Part shown: one piece after another, positions 1 through 9,391 of the stretch
How the letters are laid out: every line of letters begins with the position of its first letter
How positions within the stretch are numbered: the stretch's first letter is position 1
Source of the DNA: Clostridia bacterium
Lineage (GTDB): Bacteria > Bacillota > Clostridia > Monoglobales > Monoglobaceae
Assembly: GCA_045647905.1 (NCBI GenBank)
Contig: JAZRMZ010000014.1
Coordinates: forward strand, 8,303 to 72,302
Reading direction: 5' to 3'
Length of the DNA: 64,000 nucleotides
Translations under genes and position numbers: made by a program
Notes under the pieces: model-generated
Seen by the model: the letters and a program-made list of their open reading frames with translations, nothing else
Databases searched by the model: none
What the model was told of the DNA's origin: nothing

Positions 1-1
1 T

Positions 2-1171
2 TTTATTTCAGGAAAGGTTATTCTTGTTACCGGTGGCGGTGGCTCAATCGGCAGTGAGCTTTGTCGGCAGATTGCAAAAAATAATCCAAAGCAGTTGATA
101 ATTTTTGATATTTATGAAAACAATGCCCATGCAATTGGTCTTGAGTTGAAGGATAATTTTCCGCAACTCAATATTGAGGTGCTTATTGGCTCTGTTCGTG
201 ACAGCAAGCGGATTTATCAGGTTTTTGAAAAATATAAGCCTGAACTGGTATACCATGCTGCGGCTCACAAACATGTTCCGCTTATGGAGGACAGTCCGTG
301 CGAATCCATAAAGAACAATGCGGTGGGTACATATAAGACGGCGTATGCTGCTATGATGAACGGGTGTAAGCGTTTTGTTCTGATTTCGACTGATAAGGCG
401 GTTAATCCCACAAATATTATGGGAGCATCAAAGCGTTTGTGTGAGATGATTATTCAGAGCTTTGACCGAAAAATCAGAGATGGACAAGTTTGTGATTTGC
501 GCCCCATTTATACTCATAGCGAAACGGAAAAAACCGGTGTTGAAAGCATTGCTGAAAACGGTTTTCGTCCTGAAACCGAGTTTGTGGCTGTGCGTTTTGG
601 AAATGTTCTTGGAAGCAACGGTTCGGTTATTCCGAGATTTAAGGAGCAGATTGCAAAAGGTGGTCCTGTTACGGTTACGCATCCCGATATTATCAGATAC
701 TTTATGACCATACCTGAGGCGGTTTCGCTTGTTATGCAGGCAGGAACTTATGCTGATGGCGGTGAAATTTTTGTTTTGGATATGGGTTCGCCTGTTAAAA
801 TTGACACTCTGGCAAGAAATCTTATAAGACTTTCGGGTTTGCGGCCTGATGTTGACATTAAGATTTCATACACAGGTCTCAGGGCGGGAGAAAAGCTGTT
901 TGAGGAAAAGCTCATGTCGGAAGAAGGCCTGCGAACAACTCCCAATCACTTGATTCATATTGGTTGTCCAATTCCATTTGATACGGATTTGTTCCTTAAT
1001 CAAATGCGGGAACTGACAATTGCGGCATATGATGGCTGTGAAGATACGATACGTGATTTGGTTGCAGATATTGTTCCGACTTATCATCCGACAGGATTGA
1101 ACGATTGTGCCGATAAGGCTGAAAAGTCTGATGGACGTCAAGCTGAAGTTGTCGGAAGTGCTGTTATTTGA
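2..1171 (+). CDS. Polysaccharide biosynthesis protein, CapD/PglF/WbpM-like NDP-HexNAc 4,6-dehydratase (5' end outside window)
   Basis: Frame is open from nt 2 (GKVILVTGGGGSIGSELCRQI Rossmann motif), upstream of the TTG at 95 used by the ORF track. YHAAAHKHVP and ISTDKAVNPTNIMGASKR motifs are typical of the CapD family. First gene of a glycan locus. Confidence 0.85.
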   Translation, partial: FISGKVILVTGGGGSIGSELCRQIAKNNPKQLIIFDIYENNAHAIGLELKDNFPQLNIEVLIGSVRDSKRIYQVFEKYKPELVYHAAAHKHVPLMEDSPCESIKNNAVGTYKTAYAAMMNGCKRFVLISTDKAVNPTNIMGASKRLCEMIIQSFDRKIRDGQVCDLRPIYTHSETEKTGVESIAENGFRPETEFVAVRFGNVLGSNGSVIPRFKEQIAKGGPVTVTHPDIIRYFMTIPEAVSLVMQAGTYADGGEIFVLDMGSPVKIDTLARNLIRLSGLRPDVDIKISYTGLRAGEKLFEEKLMSEEGLRTTPNHLIHIGCPIPFDTDLFLNQMRELTIAAYDGCEDTIRDLVADIVPTYHPTGLNDCADKAEKSDGRQAEVVGSAVI

Positions 1172-1200
1172 CGGTGAATAGAATTGGTGGAGGTATTTTT

Positions 1201-1824
1201 GTGTACATACATTTTTTAAAGAGATTAATTGATGTTGTCCTGTCCTTTGTGGGGCTTATTGTTCTCATCCCGGTTTTTGCTGTTGTAGCTGTTTTGATAA
1301 AGATAGACAGTAAAGGTCCTGTGTTTTTTGTGCAGGAACGTGTGGGGAAAAATAAGAAACCTTTCAAAATCTATAAATTCAGAACAATGAGCACAGATTG
1401 TCCCGCCAATATGCCCACCCATCTGTTGGGGAATGCCGGTGCATTTATAACGCCACTGGGAGGAATTTTAAGGAAATTTAGTATTGATGAGTTGCCTCAG
1501 ATATGGAATATCTTGAAAGGTGATATGACAATTATAGGTCCAAGACCGGCACTTTTTAATCAAACCGATTTACTCGAACTCAGAGATAACAATGGTTCCA
1601 ATTTGTTGAAACCGGGACTTACGGGGTATGCTCAGATTCACGGAAGGGATGAATTGCCTATTGATGTTAAGGCGAACCTTGATGGATACTATGCACAGAA
1701 TATAGGATTTTGGCTGGATTTTAAATGTTTCTTCGGTACAATTTTGAAAGTGTTGAAGAGCGACGGAGTTGTGGAGGGGGCAACTGTTGAGAAAAGCAAC
1801 GACAAAGAGGTGCTTATGAAATGA
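1201..1824 (+). CDS. Small monotopic phosphoglycosyl transferase (bacterial sugar transferase, PglC/CapM-like), initiating enzyme
   Basis: KRLIDVVLSFVGLIVLIPVF helix, KFRTM, and DELPQIWNILKGDMTIIGPRP signature. Start moved to GTG 1201 behind a GGTGGAGG RBS (track start is 1168). Confidence 0.85.
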   Translation: MYIHFLKRLIDVVLSFVGLIVLIPVFAVVAVLIKIDSKGPVFFVQERVGKNKKPFKIYKFRTMSTDCPANMPTHLLGNAGAFITPLGGILRKFSIDELPQIWNILKGDMTIIGPRPALFNQTDLLELRDNNGSNLLKPGLTGYAQIHGRDELPIDVKANLDGYYAQNIGFWLDFKCFFGTILKVLKSDGVVEGATVEKSNDKEVLMK

Positions 1825-2702
1825 AAAGAATACTTATAACAGGAGCTACTAGCTATATAGGAACAAGTTTTGAAAGATACATTAAAGAAAATTATTCAAC
1901 TGATTTTTTTGTTGATACAATTGATATGATTGACGGTTCATGGAGAAAATATGATTTTTCCGAATATGATGCTGTGTTTCATGTTGCGGGTATAGCCCAT
2001 GCTGATACCGGTAACGCAGACGAAGCAACAAAAGAAAAATACTACAAGGTTAATACCGACTTAACAATAGAGACTGCAAAAAAAGCTAAAGCTGACGGTG
2101 TCAGACAGTTTGTTTTTATGAGCAGTATTATAGTGTACGGCAGTAAAAAAGAAATTATTACAAAAGATACAGTGCCGTGTCCCGATAATTTTTATGGAGA
2201 CAGTAAATTGCAGGCAGATATACGGCTTGATGAGTTGAATGATGATGATTTCAAAGTGGCAATCATAAGACCGCCAATGGTATATGGAAGAAATTCAAAA
2301 GGAAATTATGCAAAATTATCGCGACTTGCAAAAAAGACGTTTATATTTCCTAAAATAAATAATCAACGTAGTATGATTTATATTGGGAATTTATGCGAAT
2401 TCATTAAATTGATGATTGAAAATGCAGAGCGAGGCATATTTTATCCGCAGAATGAAGATTATGTAAATGTTTATCGCTTGGTTGAACGGATTGCTCAAGC
2501 CAAAGGGAAAAAGCTCATAGGAATTTCGTGGTTTAATCCTGTTTTGAGACTATTGGCCAAGAAAATATCTCTTTTCAACAAAGTGTTCGGAACTGTTGTT
2601 TATGATAAGAAATTAAGTGAGTATAAGATTTCATATCAGGTAGTAGATTTTGAACAAAGCATAAAGGAAACAGAAACGGAGTTTTTTTATGGAAAAGTAT
2701 AG
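1821..2702 (+). CDS. NAD-dependent epimerase/dehydratase family protein (CapN/4-keto-reductase-like)
   Basis: ILITGATSYIG Rossmann N-terminus and YGDSK (YxxxK) catalytic motif. 4-nt overlap with the upstream transferase. Confidence 0.8.
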   Translation: MKRILITGATSYIGTSFERYIKENYSTDFFVDTIDMIDGSWRKYDFSEYDAVFHVAGIAHADTGNADEATKEKYYKVNTDLTIETAKKAKADGVRQFVFMSSIIVYGSKKEIITKDTVPCPDNFYGDSKLQADIRLDELNDDDFKVAIIRPPMVYGRNSKGNYAKLSRLAKKTFIFPKINNQRSMIYIGNLCEFIKLMIENAERGIFYPQNEDYVNVYRLVERIAQAKGKKLIGISWFNPVLRLLAKKISLFNKVFGTVVYDKKLSEYKISYQVVDFEQSIKETETEFFYGKV

Positions 2703-3522
2703 TGTCTTGATGTCAATCTATCACAAAGAAAAGGCAGAGTATTTCAAGACGAGCATTGAAAGTATGCTTAAACAAACTGTTTTGCCGGATGAGATTGTTA
2801 TTGTTGAAGATGGTCCGCTGACAGAAGCGTTATATGCGGTGATAGATGATTGCCAAAAGCAACATCCTTCAATTTTTACGATTGTAAAGCTGAAAAAAAA
2901 CAGTGGATTAGGCGTAGCGCTGAATGCGGGCTTAAAAAAATGCAGAAACGAGCTTGTTGCAAGAATGGACACAGATGATATTTCGTATCCTGAACGTTGT
3001 GAGAAGCAATTATTGGAATTTAAAAAAAATCCCGATTTAGATGTATTGGGAACACAAATTGATGAATTTGTGAACGAACCTTCAAACGTTGTTTCTTCAC
3101 GCATTGTTCCGACAACTCATGAAGAAATTCTGAAATTTGCACGTCGCAGAAGTCCTTTTAATCATCCGACAGTTATGTATAAAAAATCCAAGGTTTTGGA
3201 GTTGGGTGGCTATAAGGAGTTCGGACGTAAAGAAGATTTAGAGTTATTTATAAGCATGGTAAATGAGAATTCTCATGCTGCCAATCTTAGTGAAGCGTTG
3301 TTATGGTATCGGTCGAATGAAGATAATTTCAAAAGGCGGAGAACATGGATAAATTGCAGTGAATATATCAGCATAATGTTTTCCTTTTATAAAAAACATT
3401 ATTTAAACTTTTTTGACTTGATGTATGTTGTTATTGGGCAACTAACTATGTTTCTCACACCTAACAAATTGCTGAAATTGGTAAGTAATACATTTTTAAG
3501 AGAGACTCCAAAAAAACAATAG
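2689..3522 (+). CDS. Glycosyltransferase family 2
   Basis: N-terminal SVLMSIYHKE, VIVEDGP and MDTDD (DxD) motifs of GT-A/GT2 enzymes. Overlaps the upstream gene by 14 nt. Confidence 0.8.
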   Translation: MEKYSVLMSIYHKEKAEYFKTSIESMLKQTVLPDEIVIVEDGPLTEALYAVIDDCQKQHPSIFTIVKLKKNSGLGVALNAGLKKCRNELVARMDTDDISYPERCEKQLLEFKKNPDLDVLGTQIDEFVNEPSNVVSSRIVPTTHEEILKFARRRSPFNHPTVMYKKSKVLELGGYKEFGRKEDLELFISMVNENSHAANLSEALLWYRSNEDNFKRRRTWINCSEYISIMFSFYKKHYLNFFDLMYVVIGQLTMFLTPNKLLKLVSNTFLRETPKKQ

Positions 3523-3673
3523 AAAATTCGAAGAAAGTGAAAAAGCTCACAAGAAACAGTGAACTCATAAGTTTTTTGGATAGTTCAGAAAATGATAAGT
3601 TTATGGGTTTGTTATTGCTCTGTAAGGTTAAAATTATTTGTTTATATAGTATTGTTGGGGGGAGGAGATTTTT

Positions 3674-4756
3674 ATGAAAATAGGTATATTAACACATTAT
3701 AATGTTCATAACCATGGAGCGCTGTTACAGCTTTATGCGTTAAAAAAGATACTTGAAGAAAAAGGAAACGATGCGAGGGCACTTATTTTCAAAAAGAATT
3801 ATGATTTTATGGCGGTAGGTGCAGAAAAAAAGTATGATATATCCATAAAGTCCCTTTTTTATTATATATCATATTTAAAAAAATTTGGCATTTCAAGAAC
3901 GCTTTTTAATGTACAAAAAAAGAAGATTTTAGATGAATTCAGGAAACCTCTGATAGGAGAGTATTATTCGCGAGCAAAGAATTTGGATGCAGTTTTTATT
4001 GGCAGCGATGAGGTTTTTAGTGTTGAAGCAGGTGTGAATCCGTTTTTTTGGGGCATTGGAGTTCCTTGCGAAAATATTTTTTCGTATGCGGCAAGCTGTG
4101 GTCCTACGGGGATTGAAAGTATGAGAGAACTAAGAGTTGCGTCTATGATAGGGGCAGGACTTAAGGAAATGAAGAAGATTTCTGTCAGGGATCACAACAC
4201 AAAAAAAATGGTGGAATCATTGGGGTATGATGCTTGCGAAGTGTGCGATCCTGTTATTTTGTACGGATATAAAGATGAGCAAAAGAAGCTTGAGAGAAAA
4301 ATTCAAAAGAATTATCTTTTGGTTTATGCTTATGACAATAACATGAATGACGAAACAGAAGTGCAAAAGATTAAAGAGTATGCAAAAAGAAATAATTTGA
4401 TGATTATTTCTGCAGGATATTACCATAAGTGGTGCGACAAATGCGTGGATGCATCACCGATAGAGCTTTTAGGATATTTTAAGTATGCAAACGGTGTTGT
4501 TACAGATACTTTCCACGGGTCGGTTATGTCGTTGATTACCAATACAGATTTTGTTACGAAAATCAGAGGCAATAAGAACAAGCTTTTTGATTTACTTGAA
4601 AGATATGAATTGACAGACCGATTAATGGAAGATTTTTCGGAAATACCAAAAAAAATGTGCAAAAAGATAGATTTTGACAAAGTGAGTTTATTGTTGGAGG
4701 AAAGTCAAAAAACATCGCTTGCTTATATTATGTCGTGTTTAGAGGAAATTAAATGA
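3674..4756 (+). CDS. Polysaccharide pyruvyl transferase family protein
   Basis: 360-aa protein with overall resemblance to the CsaB/WcaK-type PS_pyruv_trans family (N-terminal IGILTHYNVHNHGALLQ, C-terminal VTDTFHGSVMS). GGGGAGGAG RBS. Sits in a glycan-locus context. Confidence 0.7.
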   Translation: MKIGILTHYNVHNHGALLQLYALKKILEEKGNDARALIFKKNYDFMAVGAEKKYDISIKSLFYYISYLKKFGISRTLFNVQKKKILDEFRKPLIGEYYSRAKNLDAVFIGSDEVFSVEAGVNPFFWGIGVPCENIFSYAASCGPTGIESMRELRVASMIGAGLKEMKKISVRDHNTKKMVESLGYDACEVCDPVILYGYKDEQKKLERKIQKNYLLVYAYDNNMNDETEVQKIKEYAKRNNLMIISAGYYHKWCDKCVDASPIELLGYFKYANGVVTDTFHGSVMSLITNTDFVTKIRGNKNKLFDLLERYELTDRLMEDFSEIPKKMCKKIDFDKVSLLLEESQKTSLAYIMSCLEEIK

Positions 4757-5946
4757 ATAATATAATAAGTTTTAATGATGAAAAGTGTACCAGTTGCCAA
4801 GTTTGTGCGGCGGTATGTCCAACAAACGCGATAAGCATTTATTTGAATGAAAATGGGTTTTACAGACCTTCTGTTAATAGTGAAAAGTGTATATCATGCG
4901 GAAAGTGTAGGCGGGTTTGTTATAAATTTGATAACAGTGTTTCAATGTCTGATGAATGCAAGGCTGTGTATGCTTGTAAAGGAGAAACAGATATATTGAG
5001 CGATGTCACATCGGGTGGCGTTGCGTATCTTTTGGCGAAACAGGCGGTTTCAGAGGGCTACAAGGTTGTAGGGGTAACATACGACAAAGAGCGTAATATT
5101 GCAGTATCGGAGATTACCGATATTGATGTTGAGCGGTTTAAAGGTTCCAAATATATTCAATCGTATACTGTTGATGTGTTCAGGAAGATACTTTCTGAAA
5201 AAACGGATACCAGATATATGATTTTCGGTTTGCCATGCCATATTTATGCATTGCGTAAGGTTATTAACGGGTCGATGTACGAAAATAATTTTGTTTTTGT
5301 AGATTTGTTTTGTCATGGTTGTCCCAGTATGCTTTTGTGGGAGAAGACTTTAAAAAAAGCAGAAGATGTATTAGGAACAGATGAATTTAAAAAGGTAGAG
5401 TTCCGAAGCAAAAAGAAAGGTTGGCATGAGTTTTGTGTTAATTTTGAGACGAATGAAAAAAAAGTATTCATTTCTGATGAATTTGGTGCCTTTTATAGAT
5501 TGTTTTTCAGTAACCTGATTTTGAATAATGTATGTGAAGACTGTAAATTGAGAAGTACGTTAGCTTACACTGATATTAGATTGGGGGATTTCTGGGGGTG
5601 GCAATATGATGAAGATATTACAGGTGTTTCTGCAGTGACAGCTGTTTCCGATGTTGGGTATGAGTGGCTACAGAAACTTCCGAAGAATATATTCATCACG
5701 GAACACAGCATGTCGGATGTGATTAGATGTCAATCCTATGGTGAAGTGTATGAGGTGGATAAGCAAAAAAGACGTGAACTTTTGGAATTGCTTAAAAGTG
5801 ATGTTGATATAGATGAAATTCAAAAGACTTTTGAAAAGAGTTTGCCCCTGAAGGCAAAGATAAAAAAATATATAAAAAAGGCAATTAGTTTTATGCCTGG
5901 ATTTCTTAGAAACTCAATCAAAAAAGGCTTTCATCGAAAAGGATGA
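4753..5946 (+). CDS. Coenzyme F420 hydrogenase/dehydrogenase beta-subunit-like (FrhB/FdhB-like) 4Fe-4S protein
   Basis: Two ferredoxin motifs (CTSCQVCAAVCP, CISCGKCRRVC), then an FrhB-like region (FGLPCHIYAL, DLFCHGCPS). Translationally coupled to the pyruvyl transferase by a 4-nt overlap. Confidence 0.75.
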   Translation: MNNIISFNDEKCTSCQVCAAVCPTNAISIYLNENGFYRPSVNSEKCISCGKCRRVCYKFDNSVSMSDECKAVYACKGETDILSDVTSGGVAYLLAKQAVSEGYKVVGVTYDKERNIAVSEITDIDVERFKGSKYIQSYTVDVFRKILSEKTDTRYMIFGLPCHIYALRKVINGSMYENNFVFVDLFCHGCPSMLLWEKTLKKAEDVLGTDEFKKVEFRSKKKGWHEFCVNFETNEKKVFISDEFGAFYRLFFSNLILNNVCEDCKLRSTLAYTDIRLGDFWGWQYDEDITGVSAVTAVSDVGYEWLQKLPKNIFITEHSMSDVIRCQSYGEVYEVDKQKRRELLELLKSDVDIDEIQKTFEKSLPLKAKIKKYIKKAISFMPGFLRNSIKKGFHRKG

Positions 5947-5960
5947 GGAGGAATTTGAAG

Positions 5961-7028
5961 ATGACCGTTTTACATATTGCGTTTATTGAAGATAATCCTT
6001 CAAGCGGTGTATGTGGAGTTGTTCCGCAGCATATCAGACATCAGCAGCAAATGGTTGATGTCGGGCTTGTAAATATAACAAATTTAAAGATTGCAGACGT
6101 AAAAAATCAATTTGAATATAAAAGTGGATTTGATATTTCGGAATTGCCGGAGCCTTTTTCAAAGCCGGATATTGTTATTTTTCATGAGGTGTATAGAGTA
6201 CAGTTTATAAAAATTGCATCTGATTTGAGACGAAAAGGTGTACTTTACATAATTATTCCGCATGGATCTCTTACCAGAGAGGTGCAAAGACAGCGTAGGT
6301 TAAAGAAACTGGTGGGAAATGTTTTGTTGTTCAATCGTTTCATAAAGGGTGCAAAAGCAATTCAGTGTCTGTCAGAAAATGAAAAGAGCAGGATAGATTT
6401 CAAAAAAGAAAAGTTTGTCAGTGCAACTGGGATAGATATGCCTCAAAAGTGCAAAGAAACATTTTCGGAACAGACTGTCAATATGAATTATATCGGTCGT
6501 CTTGAGATGTATACCAAGGGACTCGACATAATGGCTAAGGCGGTTGCGAAGAATGCAGGATACTTGCGAGAACACAATTATAAGATAAATATTTATGGGC
6601 CTGATATTCTTGGAAGAAAAAAAGCTGTCCAGGAGTTAATCTCCAAATTGGGCATAGCAGACATTTTGTTGCTTAATAAAGCTGTTTATGCTGAAGAAAA
6701 AGAAGCAGTTTTGCTTGATACTGATATTTTCATCCAAACATCCAGAACAGAGGCGATAACCATGGGGATTTTGGAAGCAATGAGTTATGGTGTTCCCTGC
6801 CTGGTTACTCATGGGACAACTTGGGGTGATTATATCAGGCGTTATGATGCAGGATGGGTTGCAGAAAATAATATAGATTCTGTTGCTGAAGAAATGCTGA
6901 AAGCTTTATCTGAAAAAGAACTATGGCTAAGAAAGTCCCAAAATGCAAGAAAACTTGCTGAAGAAAATTTTAGATGGGATGGCATAGCAAAAGAAACACT
7001 TTATAATTACGAAAGATATTGCAAGTGA
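5961..7028 (+). CDS. Glycosyltransferase family 4 (GT-B, GT1-superfamily)
   Basis: C-terminal EAITMGILEAMSYGVPCLVTH motif typical of GT4. Start placed at ATG 5961 behind GAGGAGG (track start 5943). Confidence 0.75.
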   Translation: MTVLHIAFIEDNPSSGVCGVVPQHIRHQQQMVDVGLVNITNLKIADVKNQFEYKSGFDISELPEPFSKPDIVIFHEVYRVQFIKIASDLRRKGVLYIIIPHGSLTREVQRQRRLKKLVGNVLLFNRFIKGAKAIQCLSENEKSRIDFKKEKFVSATGIDMPQKCKETFSEQTVNMNYIGRLEMYTKGLDIMAKAVAKNAGYLREHNYKINIYGPDILGRKKAVQELISKLGIADILLLNKAVYAEEKEAVLLDTDIFIQTSRTEAITMGILEAMSYGVPCLVTHGTTWGDYIRRYDAGWVAENNIDSVAEEMLKALSEKELWLRKSQNARKLAEENFRWDGIAKETLYNYERYCK

Positions 7029-7080
7029 AAAAGTATTATGTTTCCTAAAGATGGTATGAGATAAAGAAGGTGAGAGTTTA

Positions 7081-8208
7081 ATGGGTTACTATATAGGAAT
7101 GAGCTATTTAAAGTTTTTTTCGCTTATACTCATCATTACCATTGTGTTTGATGCTTTTCAGAGTATAACCGGAAAAAAGAAGCTTTGTTATGTTATTTCT
7201 GTTTTTGCGATATTTTTCGTTGTAATGGGATTTCGTCATTATGCCATGGGTTCTGACACAGCTAGCTATTATGTGATGTTTTGGAGCGTGTCAACAACAT
7301 CAGACATTGTCAAATATGCAGAAGTTTCAGATATAGAGTCGGGATATTTATATTATAATTGGATATTGTCTTGTATTTCGGATAATCCCAGAATTCTTTT
7401 TGTAGTGACAGCTGCAATTGTAAATTTTGCATTGGGCTTTTTTGTATATAGGAATGTGAGTAATCCAGGAATATTTTGCTGTATTTTTGTTACGCTTTTG
7501 CAGTTTGACTTCTTTCTTAGCGCGATGCGTCAGGCGATGGCGGTTGCGGTGCTTCTTTTTGCAGTAGATGCATTGATACGCAAGAACCGGATGAGGTTTG
7601 TTTTGCTGAGTCTTTTTGCAACGGTCTTTCATAATGCAGCATGGATTATGTTGTTGTTTTCTCCTTTTTTGTGGAATAACAACAGTGAAAAAGATGAAAA
7701 GAGCATTTGGTTTTATGTGACTATTGCAGTGATTTGTATTTTTTGTCTGTTCTTTTTTGATAAAGTTTGGGAGATTCTACTTAATATCTTTCCAAAGTAT
7801 GATTATTATAACGATTCCGAAATGGCGGATGGTGAACCAAGATTAGCGATATACCTGAAAATATTGGTATATGCTTTGCTGTTTCTGGTGCCTAAACTGT
7901 ATAAAAAAGACAAAGAAGAAAACAGAGGATTATACAATGTGGGAGAGAAACTTTCTCTCTTGCAAGTTGTTATGTATGTGGTTGCAGTTAATGCAACAGC
8001 ATTGGCGCGTTTGGCAGGTTGTTTTTCTGTTTTTGCTCTTGGGCACTTTTCCAATAGTTTTAAACGAAATACAAGTAATGAGAAGTTGCGTTTCTGGTTG
8101 ATTGTGCTGATGTGTACATTTGTTTATGGGCTGATTATTTTGATATATAGAACACCGGAGTGGCAAACGACATATCCCATTATGTTGCAAATTGAAAAGT
8201 TTTGGTAG
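7081..8208 (+). CDS. EpsG-family / Wzy-like polysaccharide polymerase (polytopic membrane protein)
   Basis: 375 aa with about 10 hydrophobic helices throughout. Composition and locus position are typical of EpsG/O-antigen polymerases. Confidence 0.65.
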   Translation: MGYYIGMSYLKFFSLILIITIVFDAFQSITGKKKLCYVISVFAIFFVVMGFRHYAMGSDTASYYVMFWSVSTTSDIVKYAEVSDIESGYLYYNWILSCISDNPRILFVVTAAIVNFALGFFVYRNVSNPGIFCCIFVTLLQFDFFLSAMRQAMAVAVLLFAVDALIRKNRMRFVLLSLFATVFHNAAWIMLLFSPFLWNNNSEKDEKSIWFYVTIAVICIFCLFFFDKVWEILLNIFPKYDYYNDSEMADGEPRLAIYLKILVYALLFLVPKLYKKDKEENRGLYNVGEKLSLLQVVMYVVAVNATALARLAGCFSVFALGHFSNSFKRNTSNEKLRFWLIVLMCTFVYGLIILIYRTPEWQTTYPIMLQIEKFW

Positions 8209-8275
8209 GAGATAAATCACAAATGAAGGGAGAGTTTGGAAACGATTATGTGAGTCGTTTTCGTATAAGGTAATT

Positions 8276-9391
8276 ATGAAGATCACATATATTTTTAAAA
8301 AAGGATTTCAGTACTATCCTCCATGTTTAACGCAAGTTTTGAACTTGCAGGATCTAGGCGTGGAATTGGAGGTGTATCATGGTGAAAACACGGCAATGAT
8401 AGATAAACTTTTAGACGAAAGAGGAATTACTCATTATCAGTTTTCTAAAGATATACAAAGTAAGAATAAATTTGAAAGTGGAATAAATTTATTAAGATTT
8501 ATGCCGGAAATTAGGGCGTTAGATAAAAAAATACCGAGTGATAGGATATTTTGGTTTGGAAATTGTGAAACAGCCATAGCTATGGGGACAAATATTTTAA
8601 AAAAAAGAAGATTTGTAATTTCTGTGCTGGAGCTTTATGACGAAGAAAGTTTCATCGGAAAACAGTTGGCGAAATTTATAAAGTACGCAGAAGCAGTAGT
8701 TTGCTGTGAACCGCATCGTGCTGCGATAATGATGAGTAGGCACGGTTTGAAAAAGATGCCTTATGTAATAGCAAATAAACCGTATGAATTAAAGGAAAAG
8801 CTGAATCCAAACAAAGAGTTGATTGAGGAGCTAAAGACATTTGACAATAAATTTATTGTTGTGTATCAAGGCAATATCTCTCCGGAACGTCCTTTGAACG
8901 AAATTGTAACTGCGCTTAATAGATTGAATGATGATAGCATTTATTTTTTTGTCCTAGGGAAGTATTTTAAAGGTCGCGGTGATAGCTATATTGACAAATT
9001 AAAAGAAGCATACAAGAATACGGTCTTTTGGGGATATGTTCCAGCCCCGGAACATTTAGTTATTACTGAAAAATGCCACGTAGGCGTGGCAAACTACGAT
9101 GTATCTTGTTTGAATACGGTTTTCTGTGCACCGAATAAAATCTATGAATATTCAAAATACGGATTACCGATGCTTTGCTCTCAAAATATAGGACTCACCG
9201 AAACTGTTGGGGCGGCAAATGCGGCAGAATGTGTTAATTTTGATAATGTCGATGAAATTGCAAAAGGATTGAAAAAGATTAAGGATAATTATGAATTATA
9301 TTCTCAGAATGCACGTAAGTTTTATGATGAATATGATGTGAAAGAAAAAATAGCTGAGGTCTTGGCGGAGTTGGAAAATAATGATAAGTAA
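8276..9391 (+). CDS. Putative glycosyltransferase (GT-B-like), family not resolved
   Basis: 371-aa soluble protein between the polymerase and the flippase. C-terminal EYSKYGLPMLCSQNIGLTE resembles the GT1/GT4 nucleotide-sugar binding motif. Weak recognition only. Confidence 0.45.
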   Translation: MKITYIFKKGFQYYPPCLTQVLNLQDLGVELEVYHGENTAMIDKLLDERGITHYQFSKDIQSKNKFESGINLLRFMPEIRALDKKIPSDRIFWFGNCETAIAMGTNILKKRRFVISVLELYDEESFIGKQLAKFIKYAEAVVCCEPHRAAIMMSRHGLKKMPYVIANKPYELKEKLNPNKELIEELKTFDNKFIVVYQGNISPERPLNEIVTALNRLNDDSIYFFVLGKYFKGRGDSYIDKLKEAYKNTVFWGYVPAPEHLVITEKCHVGVANYDVSCLNTVFCAPNKIYEYSKYGLPMLCSQNIGLTETVGAANAAECVNFDNVDEIAKGLKKIKDNYELYSQNARKFYDEYDVKEKIAEVLAELENNDK

